Below, one piece after another: positions 1 to 11,669 of a DNA stretch of 64,000 nucleotides. Position numbers and translations under genes: made by a program. Below the pieces are notes generated by a model. The model was not told the DNA's origin, ran no database searches, and worked only from the letters and a program-made list of their open reading frames with translations. Where the stretch lies: positions 558,001-622,000 of the forward strand of contig JAMWBK010000011.1 in the NCBI GenBank assembly GCA_029953675.1. The letters run 5' to 3'. Numbering within the stretch: position 1 is the first letter of the stretch; every line of letters begins with the position of its first letter. Source of the stretch: Rhodosorus marinus CCMP1338. Its lineage: Eukaryota > Plantae > Rhodophyta.

Positions 1-287
1 ATGCCACGACTGGAGGCGCAGATCGGCGTAGACCAGTATTTATCGAAAAAGACACCCTCCTTCGCCATCTTATCCAGCATCGGCGTGCGCGCGCGATACT
101 TGGGTCTGTCTGTCGTCTCTTCATCGGTACTGGACCAGACCCCGGTATCGTACGGTGGGAACTCCCGGGGGCTGAGATCATCCCCGATCAAAATGATAAT
201 ATTTGGCCTGCTGCCAGCCGCTGCACTATCCACACCGGACAGAACAGCCCAGCACACCACCACAAACCATACCAAACCAATCTTCAT
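1..287 (-). CDS. Secreted S1-family sulfatase, clade A copy A1 (5' part; gene runs off the window edge)
   Basis: Manual translation from ATG at 287: MKIGLVWFVVVCWAVLSGVDSAAAGSRPNIIILIGDDLSPREFPPYDTGVWSSTDEE...TPICASSRG. Signal peptide, NII..DD metal motif, and clear paralogy to the copy at 3459-5099. Confidence 0.9.
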   Translation of the reverse strand, partial: MKIGLVWFVVVCWAVLSGVDSAAAGSRPNIIILIGDDLSPREFPPYDTGVWSSTDEETTDRPKYRARTPMLDKMAKEGVFFDKYWSTPICASSRG

Positions 288-2039
288 CGTGGCGTTCCAA
301 ACACACAATCAACGACAATCATATCCTCAAAATCCACCTCACCAGCCCCCAAAAAAACAAAAGTGGTCCTCAAGTTCCTCACCCCACCTTCTCTCCCAAC
401 CCTCCCCCGCCACACCTAGTCCCCGTATGATCTCTGTATATAGATAACGTATCAACTGATCAGTCACAACACATTTCCCATCAAAAATCAAAACAAAACC
501 AAAAAGGAAACTGACTTTTCCTCCACGCCAAAATGTCGGATTCCGTAGGAATGGATCTCTCTCTCTCTCTCTACACAAAGATCCAAGTCGTTGCAACAAA
601 CCCCTCAAAAATATCTAAAAAGCAAATAAGCCAACATTGCTACCGACAGTTACGCCACCGTCGGAGGTAAAAATACCGAAATGTGGATCTTCACAATCTC
701 ACGAGTCCCCCCAAAAGAATATACAGTAATTCTTAAATACAACGGATCCTTGTCTCTCTAAACAAAACCTCTCAAAAATTTCCAAAAGTCAAGAACTACG
801 TTGTCCACGAGCGGGTCTCTGTCCCCTCTTTCTCCTCCCCCCCGGGGGGGGGGAGTTAGAATATGGGGGTCCGTTTCCATCTCAAAAACCTAAAACTATG
901 TAGTGTTTTTCTCACAGTTCACACCGGGACTAAATTTGGTTTGCTCTCTCCCCCCCGCCCAATCCTCGCCCTACCAAAAGAGTCTTTACAACGGTTTTCC
1001 GGTTTTGGATTTGTTTTATATATAAAATTGAAAATGTCGTGTGTGGACATGGTTTGTCAAATGTCTTGAGATATGATAGGGTTGTTGTTTTTATATAAAA
1101 AAGTTCACATGTCCACATGACCATCGTGTCATTTTTTGTGATTCAAGCTGTAGAAAGTGTTGGAAATCCATTGTTTTCTAGGCACTCATACTAGTTTAGG
1201 GATAATGGCTTTGATTAGAACCAAAAACTCCTATATCTAGTACCAACGTAGGGTATATCAAACTAGGGTTGTGCTGAAGAAAGAATTACCGCACTGGTGA
1301 TAACAATTACCAGCAAATAAGCCTGAAACTAAATACCGGGAATACGAGCTGGAATCGAGGATATTTAACAGTAGAAACTCCGATTCGGTAAGAACGGATT
1401 GTTTTACATATATAGAGAAAGCGGTGTTTTGCCGGTAATAAATCGTAATTGAATTCTTTTCTAGTGTAGCGGAATCGTGGGTTTCATCCTAATGAGAAAA
1501 ACGTTTGTTTTGCTACGGAATCGAGGGTTTGACACCTCGGTTTTGCCACCTCAAGTGGGGTTTCTCAATCCATCATCAATCCATCATCAATTACGCGATT
1601 CGGGGCTGGAATTGAGGGTACAAACCCGAGGGGGGTCGAATATCCAAGTACTGGAAGGATTGTGGAGAAACTCAACCAATATCGCAGCAATACCAGGCTG
1701 ATGCTGATACAGGTTTTATCGTTGCCCTTTTAACATTGAATAGTAAAAGAGGACGTAAACCTCGGAAACGACGATCAAAGCCGCCATATTAAATACAATA
1801 GAGTAGCGGATGAGGGACGCATTTCGTCCAGTATCATACGTTTCTCGGATGCTTGATCCCCGCCTGAGGGGAGTGGGCATGTCTCCACGAGATAAACAAC
1901 ATGTTTGCTTGGTCGCGGAGGATCTGTACCAAAAATCGAGCAAGCAGCAAGTGAAAGTTTCTGGAGAGAGAGGAGCTCCAGGAGAAGATCAGAATTCTTT
2001 TTGATCTGCCAGTGCAAGAGGTGTGCTTACGAAGGGTCG

Positions 2040-2600
2040 GGGTATCACCGACTTGGATTTCTGCGCTCTTTTGATCGTTTAGAACCGAAAATTTCGCCAT
2101 ACGGAACTGGACGCTCGTTGTCCATAGCTCTTCCGTTTGAGAGCGTTCCAACCGGAGGCTTGTTTCATTCACATTTTCTGATTTGAGCGCGTCCCGCTGG
2201 AGGCTCGTCATCTTCAGCTTTTTTATTAGAGAGAGTCCCAACAGTGCTGAATGCCACCAACAACATTGCGATAGAGAGTACAAAGAAGTTCTAGAAAGCT
2301 TCGTCCTTCGAGCCCGGGGTTATTGATGAGGACGGATGCGTGCTTGGCCGGTTTCCAAGAATCTCACGTCTGTAGCAACAGAGTCTTGATGATCATGAGC
2401 TGATACATGCAAATCAGCCAAAGGCGAAAAAGGGTGTTTGGCGAAGCGTTCATGAATCGCCTGTCAAATCCCCAACGGCCCCAGCAAAGCGACGAGCTTC
2501 TCAACCACTATCCCCCCTCGGGGGTTTTTTCCTTTATATTTTAAACCTTTAGTTACTCGGGGCAAATCAATTGGCCCATGTTACCCGTTGAAAGTCATTT
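2040..2600. repeat. Paralogous intergenic spacer block, copy 1 (homologues at about 7330-8010 and 11670-12230)
   Basis: Shared anchors such as cttcgagcccggggttattga, tcacgtct..caa..gagtc, catgagctga.acatg and aattggcccatgtta recur in the same order in all three places. Many indels. Confidence 0.8.
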
Positions 2601-3458
2601 GCGAAAGATTACTAAAAAACCTCCTCGGCTTTTTTGAGCGCCAAAAAGCAGAGGATAATACATACATTTTTCCCTTTTTTTGCACTTTCAAAGGGGAAAA
2701 TGTGGGTACCGAGAAATTTGGTCAATGTTACATTTCCACTTCCAAAACAAACCAAAAAAAGGTGACTGAGAAATGATTTTCTGATATTTTCAGCTTTTCG
2801 GTTGGCCAAATGATTTGATCTAGTTTTAATACCTTTTTGCTGTGGGAAACCACAAAAGGCTGCTTTTTCTCTACTTCAAAGCTTTTTGTTTGCATGAAAT
2901 TGCGAAACGCCACAAAATAGTGGTTGGGGCCGGGTTGGGATTGGATCGACCTAGAAGGCTTTTGGTTTGGGACGGTGAATCGGGGACTCAAAGGTGTTAG
3001 GAATTTTGGAGGGTAGGTACCGACAGCGGTGCAGATATGAATAGCTGGTGGAGATGTATGAAGTAAACGGTGAGGCCAATTCATGGGTTCATGGGGTGTA
3101 ACGTTGGTGTTTTTTATTTCGATCTGTACTACAACCAACCAAAGCGGGTTCGCTCAGAGAAAACAGTAGGACCTCAGTTCACCTCAAAAGTCCGTGTTCG
3201 TATCCTCTTCACGCTACCTGTAATTCCCCGATGGCTCTACTCAGAGCTCGAGCATCTCCGGTCTTTGCTGCTTTCCCCCATCGCAGATGCCATGCCGGTG
3301 TAAGAAATATGTTACAAAACACGGAGCTTTCGGGATTCGTCGACGGTTCACTCTCCTGATCACATCCTTTTCAATCAATGACAAGGGCGGAGGTGACATG
3401 CGAATTTCTACGCCGGTCGCTTAAATTTAACCTTGACTGCCGCATATCTAATGCGCAC

Positions 3459-5099
3459 CTAGCTTTCCTCGGGTTCTGGTACGTAGTCATGTTTAGTGTC
3501 ATAAACCGCAAACGTATCCAGAACCGCTGTTAAACGATCTCGATCGTCTCGGAGTTCTTGCGGTGCTTCCTCCCAGTTTGTGATCATAGGGTAGCTGTCC
3601 AAGTCCCGTTTCTCATTCGACACGTCGTACCATCTCTCTCCGCCATCCTTCATCACATGCGAACCTCTAATGAGCTGCTTGTGACCACTTGATCTTGTCT
3701 GATACGAAAAGTTGTACTCGCGGGTGTGATTTTCCGCCTCCCCAAACAGGTACGGATACAGGCTTTGGCCATGCAGTTCGTATCCCTCCAAAAGGTTACT
3801 GACTCCCATCAGGTCCGCCACCGTCGGTACGATGTCAACGAAAGATACGAACTCGTTCGACCTCCCCTGCTTTGTCATATTCATCCCAGGCGCATAAATG
3901 AACATTGGTACGTGCGGACCCCTTTGCTTTTTCCTCGAGTCCTTGCCGTAGCCCTTGGTGCCGTTGTCTGTCGAGAAAATGATCACCGTATTGTCAAGAA
4001 CCCCGAGTTCTTTGCACTTTTCCACATACTGCCAAATCGTGTAGTCGAGGTACTCGACGTGACGCCGAACCCCGCCATTGTTGATCCCCCTCGTCGTGTA
4101 GTTTCCTGCCTGCCCCGTTATCACTGGCTTTTGCTTTGAGTACTTCTCCTTTGCAGCGTTCCACCGCAGCTTTGGAGTAGGTGGCCATGTATCAACCTGT
4201 TGGTTGATAAAGTCGTATGCTTTATGTCCGATTCTGGAAGTTGCGTACAGGAAGAAAGGTCTATCCTCCTCCGCACATGTTTCCATGAACTGCTTCGTCA
4301 CCGCCATGTCTACGTCAGGACCGAAGGTTCCTTTTCTGTATGCCTGTTCAGTCTCCTCCGTATTCGGATAGTAGACCAATTGCTCGTCCTCGTTTGGAGG
4401 ATTGAACAGCAGTACATGCGGCCGCCAGGTGTAGCTACGCTGAGCTCTAGCTCCTGGTTCTACCTCGCCGGTGTCCTGGTTCACGAAAATCTTGTTACCA
4501 TCCTCGTCCTCTCCCGCTCCGACAATTTGAAAGTCTGACAGAGGACTGGGCGGGAGCTCCTGTGGAGCTGGAACGAAAACACCTTGTCCAAACCCGAACT
4601 TGTCCAGGTTGTCCGCGTCCTTCATCCCTGCTCTTCCTCCCCAAAACGTCCCATACCCAGCAGCCGTTGCCAGATGCCCAATTCCCAGCGGAGACGTGAT
4701 CCAAAGAGGAACGATATCACCGACTTCCCCGTTTTCATCAATCCACGACCCGTAATCAAAATTGTACCACCACTTGGTAATCGTTGCGTACCTCCCAGTC
4801 ATCAGCATGCCTCGACTTGACGCGCAAATCGGCGTAGCCCATGCCTTATCGAAGAAGATCCCCTCCCTCGCAATTTTATCCAGCATCGGCGTCCTCGCTC
4901 GAAATTTGACCTGATCCGTGGGCTCTTCGTCCGTACTGGACCAGACACCAGTATCGTACGACGGAAACTCCCTCGGGCTAAGATCATCTCCAATCAAGAC
5001 AATAATATTAGGTCTACCCGACGCTGCCCCATTCGCTCCATACAGCACAGCGCAGCTCCACACCACAAACAACCCCAAAGCAACTCCAACTCCCTTCAT
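3459..5099 (-). CDS. Secreted S1-family sulfatase, clade A copy A2 (546 aa, intronless)
   Basis: True ATG at 5099 (MKGVGVALG signal peptide); the ORF-track extension is 5' UTR. Motifs NIIVLIGDD, TPICASSRGMLMTGRY, FFLY..IGH, NTVIIFSTDNG, HVPMFIYAPG, DIVPTVADL. Confidence 0.93.
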   Translation of the reverse strand: MKGVGVALGLFVVWSCAVLYGANGAASGRPNIIVLIGDDLSPREFPSYDTGVWSSTDEEPTDQVKFRARTPMLDKIAREGIFFDKAWATPICASSRGMLMTGRYATITKWWYNFDYGSWIDENGEVGDIVPLWITSPLGIGHLATAAGYGTFWGGRAGMKDADNLDKFGFGQGVFVPAPQELPPSPLSDFQIVGAGEDEDGNKIFVNQDTGEVEPGARAQRSYTWRPHVLLFNPPNEDEQLVYYPNTEETEQAYRKGTFGPDVDMAVTKQFMETCAEEDRPFFLYATSRIGHKAYDFINQQVDTWPPTPKLRWNAAKEKYSKQKPVITGQAGNYTTRGINNGGVRRHVEYLDYTIWQYVEKCKELGVLDNTVIIFSTDNGTKGYGKDSRKKQRGPHVPMFIYAPGMNMTKQGRSNEFVSFVDIVPTVADLMGVSNLLEGYELHGQSLYPYLFGEAENHTREYNFSYQTRSSGHKQLIRGSHVMKDGGERWYDVSNEKRDLDSYPMITNWEEAPQELRDDRDRLTAVLDTFAVYDTKHDYVPEPEES

Positions 5100-5199
5100 C
5101 GTGCAGAACAACAAAAAAAAGCCTCCCTGATCCTCACTCCATCGACACACCCGCTCTGCTCCCCCACCTAATTTTCAGATCTCCACACAACTGAGTCAC

Positions 5200-5206
5200 T
5201 TATATA
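5200..5206 (-). promoter_or_regulatory. TATA-like box upstream of sulfatase A2
   Basis: TATATAA on the minus strand about 100 nt upstream of the ATG. Similar TATA tracts lie upstream of A1 (about 436), A3 (about 10680), the relic (12842-12850) and A4 (about 16086). Confidence 0.5.
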
Positions 5207-7329
5207 TGCTCCCCCCCACTCCCCCGCTTCCCCTACCAGAAAATTGAAAATCACCAACTGTTAAACCACATATACACACCTCCCTCCCATCCGGAAACCT
5301 ACCCCCCAAAAAAACAAATACACCAAACCCAGCTGACTGTAAACTAAACTCCACTGGAGTCAGCTGCCCAGTTGTTTTGAGCGCAACACTAATTCTATCA
5401 CTATGGAGTGAAAATTTATTTTGACTTAACCCTTCACCTTCCCCACACACCGGCGTCCCCCAGCTACAATAATAAAGCAGAAACTAGGGGGATCAGTGCG
5501 CGCTTGCTCCGACTGATCAATACATAAAGGCACTACGGCAGAGCAAGCAGCTTGGGGTTCTCGGTCCTCCATAAACCTCCTTCTCCCCCCCCCCCCACAC
5601 ACTCGGAAACAGAAAATAGTGATAAAAGTTGGTTGTTCCTTGCGGTGAAGTCTGGAATTCTGGAATACTAAACGAGATTGATTCAAGTTGTTTAAGAAGT
5701 ATAAGAAACCCTTGTTTTGTTTTGTTTTTACTGAACACATCCCCGTCCCAACTCCCTCTACACCTATCTTTCCCCACTCGGGACGTTTTGCTATATATTT
5801 TTTTTGGTTTTCAACGACAAATTCCAGGACAGGAGGAAAGAACAAGATCAAAATTTTCGTAAGGGAGTCTACCTGTCACGATGAATGATCCTTAGGCCAA
5901 GAGAACAAGAGTACAAAGTGCTTAATATATATACTTTCTTCGGGTAAGTTTCACCTGTCATAACGTCCAAGCGAGTTAGGCAAGTTATATCTAAATTCTT
6001 AAATAAAAGGATACTACTGTATACAGTGTTGGAAGGGGTGGAAATTTGTACAGTTACAAATCGACAAACACGTTTTTTGGGAGTGTTCCGTGAGGTTTTT
6101 TTGGATTTCGAAGAGAATTCTATATTGTTCGGAAGGAGGTAGGTATGTAGTGCACTGTTAGTCTTTTGATGACCGAAATGATTTGATGTCGTTTCCTTTT
6201 TGTCGTGTGGAAGTTTCACAATTGTTCGTGGAAGACTGTCTCTGAAGGAACGGGAACTCCCAAAAAAAAAAATTGGGGGGCCGATGTTACCCGCCTGTGT
6301 AGAAACATGAAGACAAATTGCGCGGCCAACGAGAACTGTCTTGTTTTGGCCAATGTTACACATGCTCTAGGGAGAACATCGCGACACAATTCACTTTCCA
6401 AGGGTCGTTTTGTTTTCCTCTGGTTTTTCTTTGGCCAAATAGAGGTGGTGATGGCAATTGTCGCTGGAATGGGAAAGCAGAAAGCGGATTTTTTTGCCGT
6501 GATCGCCTTGATCTTTTTGTTTATAGGTATGTTAGTAGTTTCTTAGTATTCACTGTACTAACGAAAAAACTACATCGAAGGCGCGCTTGGCTTAGGAGAC
6601 AGACCGCTACAACTGACTAGGCGCAGGTCATGCAGGGGGGTGGTTGCGGGAAGGAATTGCCTTGGTCTCAGTATTTAGATTGATGGGCCACTTCTTGACT
6701 GACTGTTACAACGCCGGTGATGCCTCGTTGGCGATTTTCACAAGTTGCTAAAAAAAGGCACCAAGCGGCGCTAATGATTTATTTTTATGGTAGTTGGGGC
6801 CAAGTTGGGCCAAGTGGAAATATTTGGAAATATATGATACGGGTTTTTTACCGCGGCGGGTGTGGAGGTGGTTGAACGATTGTGGAAATGGCTTAGCGAA
6901 GGTTCCCGGAGGGGGGGCCGAGAAAAGCTTCGTTCTCATTTGTTAACGTTATGGCCACTCGTTGACTGAGTAGTACTAAGAATGAAGGTCTCCGTTGGCG
7001 ATGATTCACAAGTTTCTCATTGCGGATGGGAGGGAGTGATTGATCGCTTCCTGGGAGCCAAGTTGGGCATGGTAGAAATATTGGAAAAATATGATATGCG
7101 GTTTTTGTTTTTTGCCCGGGGTGGGGTTTGAGGGATTGTGCAAAAGGCGATGCGAAGGTTGCCAGATTGTGGGAGAGTCTGCTAGTGAGAACTAATTTTT
7201 TTTGTACAGGTAAAGTTTGATAGGGAGGTAGGTGCTAGCTTTTCCGGGCTGCGGTGTGAGCTCTGTAGCTTTCTCTTTTTGTTTGTGAGGGGTGTGGCCT
7301 GTGCAGCCTTTTGGACCCGTTGGTTGGTC

Positions 7330-8010
7330 CAGAGCAAAAACTTTGCTTACGAAGGTCCGGTATCTCGCCGACTTGGCTTTCTGCGTTCTTTTGATGTGTT
7401 GTTTAGTTCCGAAACGGTCGCGAAATAGAAACTGGAGGCTCACTGTCTTTAGCTTTTGGATTTGAGATGGAGGCGCCCTCGCCCATCAGCGTCCAAAATT
7501 TGTAATGAAAGTATACTGGTATTTACATTGTCCAAGGTGGCTGGCTGAGTTTGCTTTTTATGCAGATGGCTGATTTGAGTAGGTCGGGGCAATAGCAATC
7601 GGATTTTGGGTGGAATTTCCAAAAAAAATTGAGCGAAAGAGTGAAAGTTGGTTCGCTCCTGACAGAGCAAAAGTTTTCTTATCAAGGGCCGGTATCGTCG
7701 TCTTCAGCTTTTTTCATTGTGAGAGCGTCACAACAGTGCTGAACGCACCGAATAACATTGGGATAAGGCTCTTCAGAACTTGGTCCTTCGAGCCCGGAGT
7801 TATTGAAGAGGACGGATTCGTGCTTAGCCCGTTACAAGTAGCTCACGTCTCTAACAATCGAGTCCTGACATGAGCTGAGACATGAACATCCGACAAGGAC
7901 GAAAAATTTGTTTGGCCAAGCGTGAATGGACCGCATGGCGATCCCCTACAGCCCCGTAAGGGACGAACTTTTCAACCGCGGGGCAAAGCAATTGGCTCGG
8001 CCCATGTTAC
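7330..8010. repeat. Paralogous intergenic spacer block, copy 2
   Basis: Same anchors as 2040-2600. Homology continues to the sulfatase stop (aatcaatgacaagggcggaggtgacatgcgaatttct at about 3372 and 8845). Confidence 0.8.
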
Positions 8011-8930
8011 TTGTTGAAAGTCGTTTGCCAGAGATTCTAAAACTCATAAACTTTTTTGCGGGCCCAAACATGCACGTTTAATTCCCATTTTTTCACATTT
8101 CCAGGAAGAAAATACCTTCACAATTCTGGTCAATGTTCCACTTGAGCTGAAAACATTAAAACAAAAAAGAAATGATGAGCAAGAAAATCATTTTCTGATA
8201 TTTTCAGGCTTTCGTTCTGGCCTAATGATTTGGTATAATTTAATTCCTTTTTTGCCGACGATGGGAAGAATTGACCAATGGGGATGGTACTCTGTCATCA
8301 CCAAGTCTGCTTTTTCTCTGCCTTAAACTTTTTGTTTGCATGAAATACAAACGTCACAAAACAGTACTTCAGGGTTGGTTGGGGTTGGAGGGGGAGGGAG
8401 GGATTGGACTGGTCGACCTTGCAGGCTTTTGGCTTCGGTGAATCGGGACTCACAGTTGGAGGGTGAGCTACTTATCAGCACCGATAGGGTTTCAGATATG
8501 AATACCCGGTGGAGACGTAAACAGTGCGGCAAACTCGTGCGGTCATGGCGGTGTAATGGGGTTTTTGATGTCGATCTGTCCTCCAAGCAACCAAATAGGG
8601 TTGGCCCAGAGCAAACGAGCTAGGTACAAGAGGTGCTAGCACCTCTAGATTCACCTCTTGGTCCCGCGTTTCTATCCTCTTCAGGCTACCCGTAATCCCT
8701 TGAGGCCTCTATCACAGCTGGCGGGCATGGCCGGTCTTGTTGCTTTCGTCCGTCGTAGATGACATCCCGGCGTAAGAAAGATGGTACAAAGCACGACGCT
8801 TTCGGGATTCGTCGACGGTCCACTCTCCTGATCACGTCCTTGTCAATCAATGACAAGGGCGGAGGTGACATGCGAATTTCTTTGCCGTTCGTTAATATTT
8901 AATCTTGACTGCCGCATGTCTAATGCACAC

Positions 8931-10571
8931 CTAGCTTTCCTCGGGTTCTGGGACGTAGTCATGTTCCGTGTCATAAACCGCAAACGTATCTAAAACCGCT
9001 GTTAAACGATCTCGATCGTCTCGGAGTTCTTGCGGTGCTTCCTCCCAGTTTGTGATCTTTGGGTAGCTGTCCAAGTCCCGTTTTTCATTTGACACGTCGT
9101 ACCATCTCTCTCCGCCATCCTTCATCACATGCGAACCTCTGATAAGCTGCTTGTGACCATTTGATCTTGTCTGATACGAAAAGTTGTACTCGCGGGTGTG
9201 ATTTTCCGCCTCCCCAAACAGGTACGGATACAGGCTTTGGCCATGCAATTCGTATCCATCCAAAAGGTCACTAACTCCCATCAGGTCCGCCACCGTAGGT
9301 ACGATGTCAACGAAAGAGACGAACTCGTTCGACCTCCCTTGCTTTGTCATATTCATCCCAGGCGCATAAATGAACATTGGCACGTGTGGACCCCTTTGCT
9401 TGTTCCTCGAGTCCTTGCCGTAGCCCTTGGTGCCGTTGTCTGTCGAGAAAATGATCACCGTATTGTCAAGAACCCCGAGTTCTTTGCACTTTTCCACATA
9501 CTGCCAAATCGTGTAGTCGAGGTACTCGACGTGACGTCTAACTCCGCCTTTGTTGATCCCCTTCGTCGTGTAGTTTCCTGCCTCCCCCATTATCACTGAC
9601 TGTTGCTTTCTGTACTTCTGCTTGTTGGGATTGAACCATAGCTTTGGAGTGGGTGGCCATGTATCAACCTGTTGGTTGATGAAGTCGTATGCTTTATGTC
9701 CGATTCTGGAGGTTGCATAGAGGAAGAAAGGCTTCTCCTCGTCAGCGCAGGTTTCCATGAACTGCTTCGTCACTTCCATATCCACGTCGGGACCGTACGT
9801 CCCCTTCCCGTACGCAGCTTTTGTCTCCTCCGTATTCGGGTAGTAGACCAATTGCTCGTCCTCGTTTGGAGGATTGAACAGCAGTACGTGCGGTCGCCAG
9901 GTGTAGCTACGTTGAGCTCTAGCTCCTGGTTCTACCTTGCCGGTGTCCTTGTTCACGAATATCTTGTTACCATCCTCGTCCACTCCCGCTCCGACAATTT
10001 GAAAGTCTGACAGAGGACTGGGCGGGAGCTCCTGTGGAGCTGGAACGAAAACACCTTGTCCAAACCCGAACTTGTCCAGGTTGTCCGCGTCCTTCATCCC
10101 TGCTCTTCCTCCCCAAAACGTACCATACCCAGCAGCCGTTGCCAGATGTGCAATTCCCAGCGGAGATGTGATCCATAGAGGAACGATATCACCGACTTCC
10201 CCGTTTTCATCAATCCACGACCCGTAATCAAAATTGTACCACCACTTGGTAATCGTTGCGTACCTCCCAGTCATCAGCATGCCTCGACTTGACGCGCAAA
10301 TCGGCGTAGCCCATGCCTTATCGAAGAAGATCCCCTCCCTCGCAATCTTATCCAGCATCGGCGTCTTCGCTCGAAATTTGACCTGATCCGTGGGCTCTTC
10401 GTCTGTACTGGACCATACACCGGTATCGTACGACGGAAACTCCCTCGGGCTCAGATCATCTCCAATCAAGACAATAATGTTAGGCTTCCCCGACGCCGCA
10501 CCATCCGCTCCATGCAGCACGGCGCAGCTCAACACCACGAACAATCCAAATGCAGCTCCAACGCCCTTCAT
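8931..10571 (-). CDS. Secreted S1-family sulfatase, clade A copy A3 (546 aa, intronless)
   Basis: ATG at 10571 (MKGVGAAFG). Same length and motifs as A2, and near-identical protein. Confidence 0.93.
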   Translation of the reverse strand: MKGVGAAFGLFVVLSCAVLHGADGAASGKPNIIVLIGDDLSPREFPSYDTGVWSSTDEEPTDQVKFRAKTPMLDKIAREGIFFDKAWATPICASSRGMLMTGRYATITKWWYNFDYGSWIDENGEVGDIVPLWITSPLGIAHLATAAGYGTFWGGRAGMKDADNLDKFGFGQGVFVPAPQELPPSPLSDFQIVGAGVDEDGNKIFVNKDTGKVEPGARAQRSYTWRPHVLLFNPPNEDEQLVYYPNTEETKAAYGKGTYGPDVDMEVTKQFMETCADEEKPFFLYATSRIGHKAYDFINQQVDTWPPTPKLWFNPNKQKYRKQQSVIMGEAGNYTTKGINKGGVRRHVEYLDYTIWQYVEKCKELGVLDNTVIIFSTDNGTKGYGKDSRNKQRGPHVPMFIYAPGMNMTKQGRSNEFVSFVDIVPTVADLMGVSDLLDGYELHGQSLYPYLFGEAENHTREYNFSYQTRSNGHKQLIRGSHVMKDGGERWYDVSNEKRDLDSYPKITNWEEAPQELRDDRDRLTAVLDTFAVYDTEHDYVPEPEES

Positions 10572-11669
10572 CGTGCTTAAAAAAAAAACAAACCTCCCGA
10601 TCCTAACTCCATCGACATCCGCTTCCTCCCCGCCCCCACCGACATTGATGGTCACCCGCATCCGAATCACATGTACAAATATATACACTACCCTCCCCCG
10701 ATGACCCTCAACCCAATCAAAACAAAAAGCCAATGCCCCCCTAACCCCCTTCCCCCTGGAAAACTGAAAATAGTCATAGATTGTGTTCGTCGTAACGATC
10801 CTGAACCCAAACAAAGAAAACCCAAACCCCCTAACCAACCCCTCCCCCTCGCGCGAACGGAAGACTAGTAACGGAAACATTGTTTCCTCGTATTGAATTA
10901 TGGAGTTTTAAACCAGATCGAACAAGAATCCATCGGCATAGCATTTACCAAGAAACCGTTTTTTGTTTTTTTTCATACTCCTCCAGCTCTCTCTCTCTCT
11001 CTCTGTCTCTGTTTCTCTCTCCCTCCGCTCGTATCTGTTTTTTTGTTTGCAGTCACAACAAGACAAGAGAAACAAAAATCAAAAAAAAAAAGGTCTAGAG
11101 AGCGGAAACAGTCTACCTGTCATGGCGGGTGATGTCTGTCCGCAAGTCCTTAATATATCTAAAAAACATTGTAGTGGTGTTCAACCTGTCACGCGTCCAA
11201 GTGACAAGTACGTAATATATCGAAATTTTACGTAGTAGCCTAACACACGTTTCGTCGGCTGTAATTCACGATTCGTTCATGGCCTTCATAAACGAACTTG
11301 TGACATAACGGGAGGGATGATTAAATGGGACCTGGCGGGGCCATGTTGGGCCTTGTAGAAATATTGGAAAACAATGATATGCGATGTCGTTGTTTTTTTG
11401 TAAACGGCGGGGGTGTGGGGGGAAGGCTGAGGTTGTTGCGGGATTGTGAAAAGGCTAACGCGAAAGGTGTCGTTTGGTAGGAGGCTTTTCTGATGATGAG
11501 ATAGGTTTTTTGGGGGGGACGCGGGAAAGTTTGATGGAGATGTACGTAGCGTTGATTGGTCTGCGGTGTGAGCTTCGTCGCTTTTTCTTTCGTTTTTTTG
11601 GTGAGGTGTGGCCATGGCAGACTTTTGGATTGGTGTGTGGTTCTTGAGTGAAAGTTGGCTTGCTCTTGT

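Noticed and set aside
6205-6546. ORF with a hydrophobic C-terminus
   Set aside because: Non-ATG start, T-rich low-complexity spacer, and no counterpart in the paralogous units.
10572-10880. N-terminal extensions of sulfatases in the ORF track (also 5100-5150, 15906-16019, 28609-28806, 38900-38977)
   Set aside because: They start at non-ATG codons or cross promoter/UTR sequence. The paralog-conserved ATG followed by a signal peptide lies downstream.
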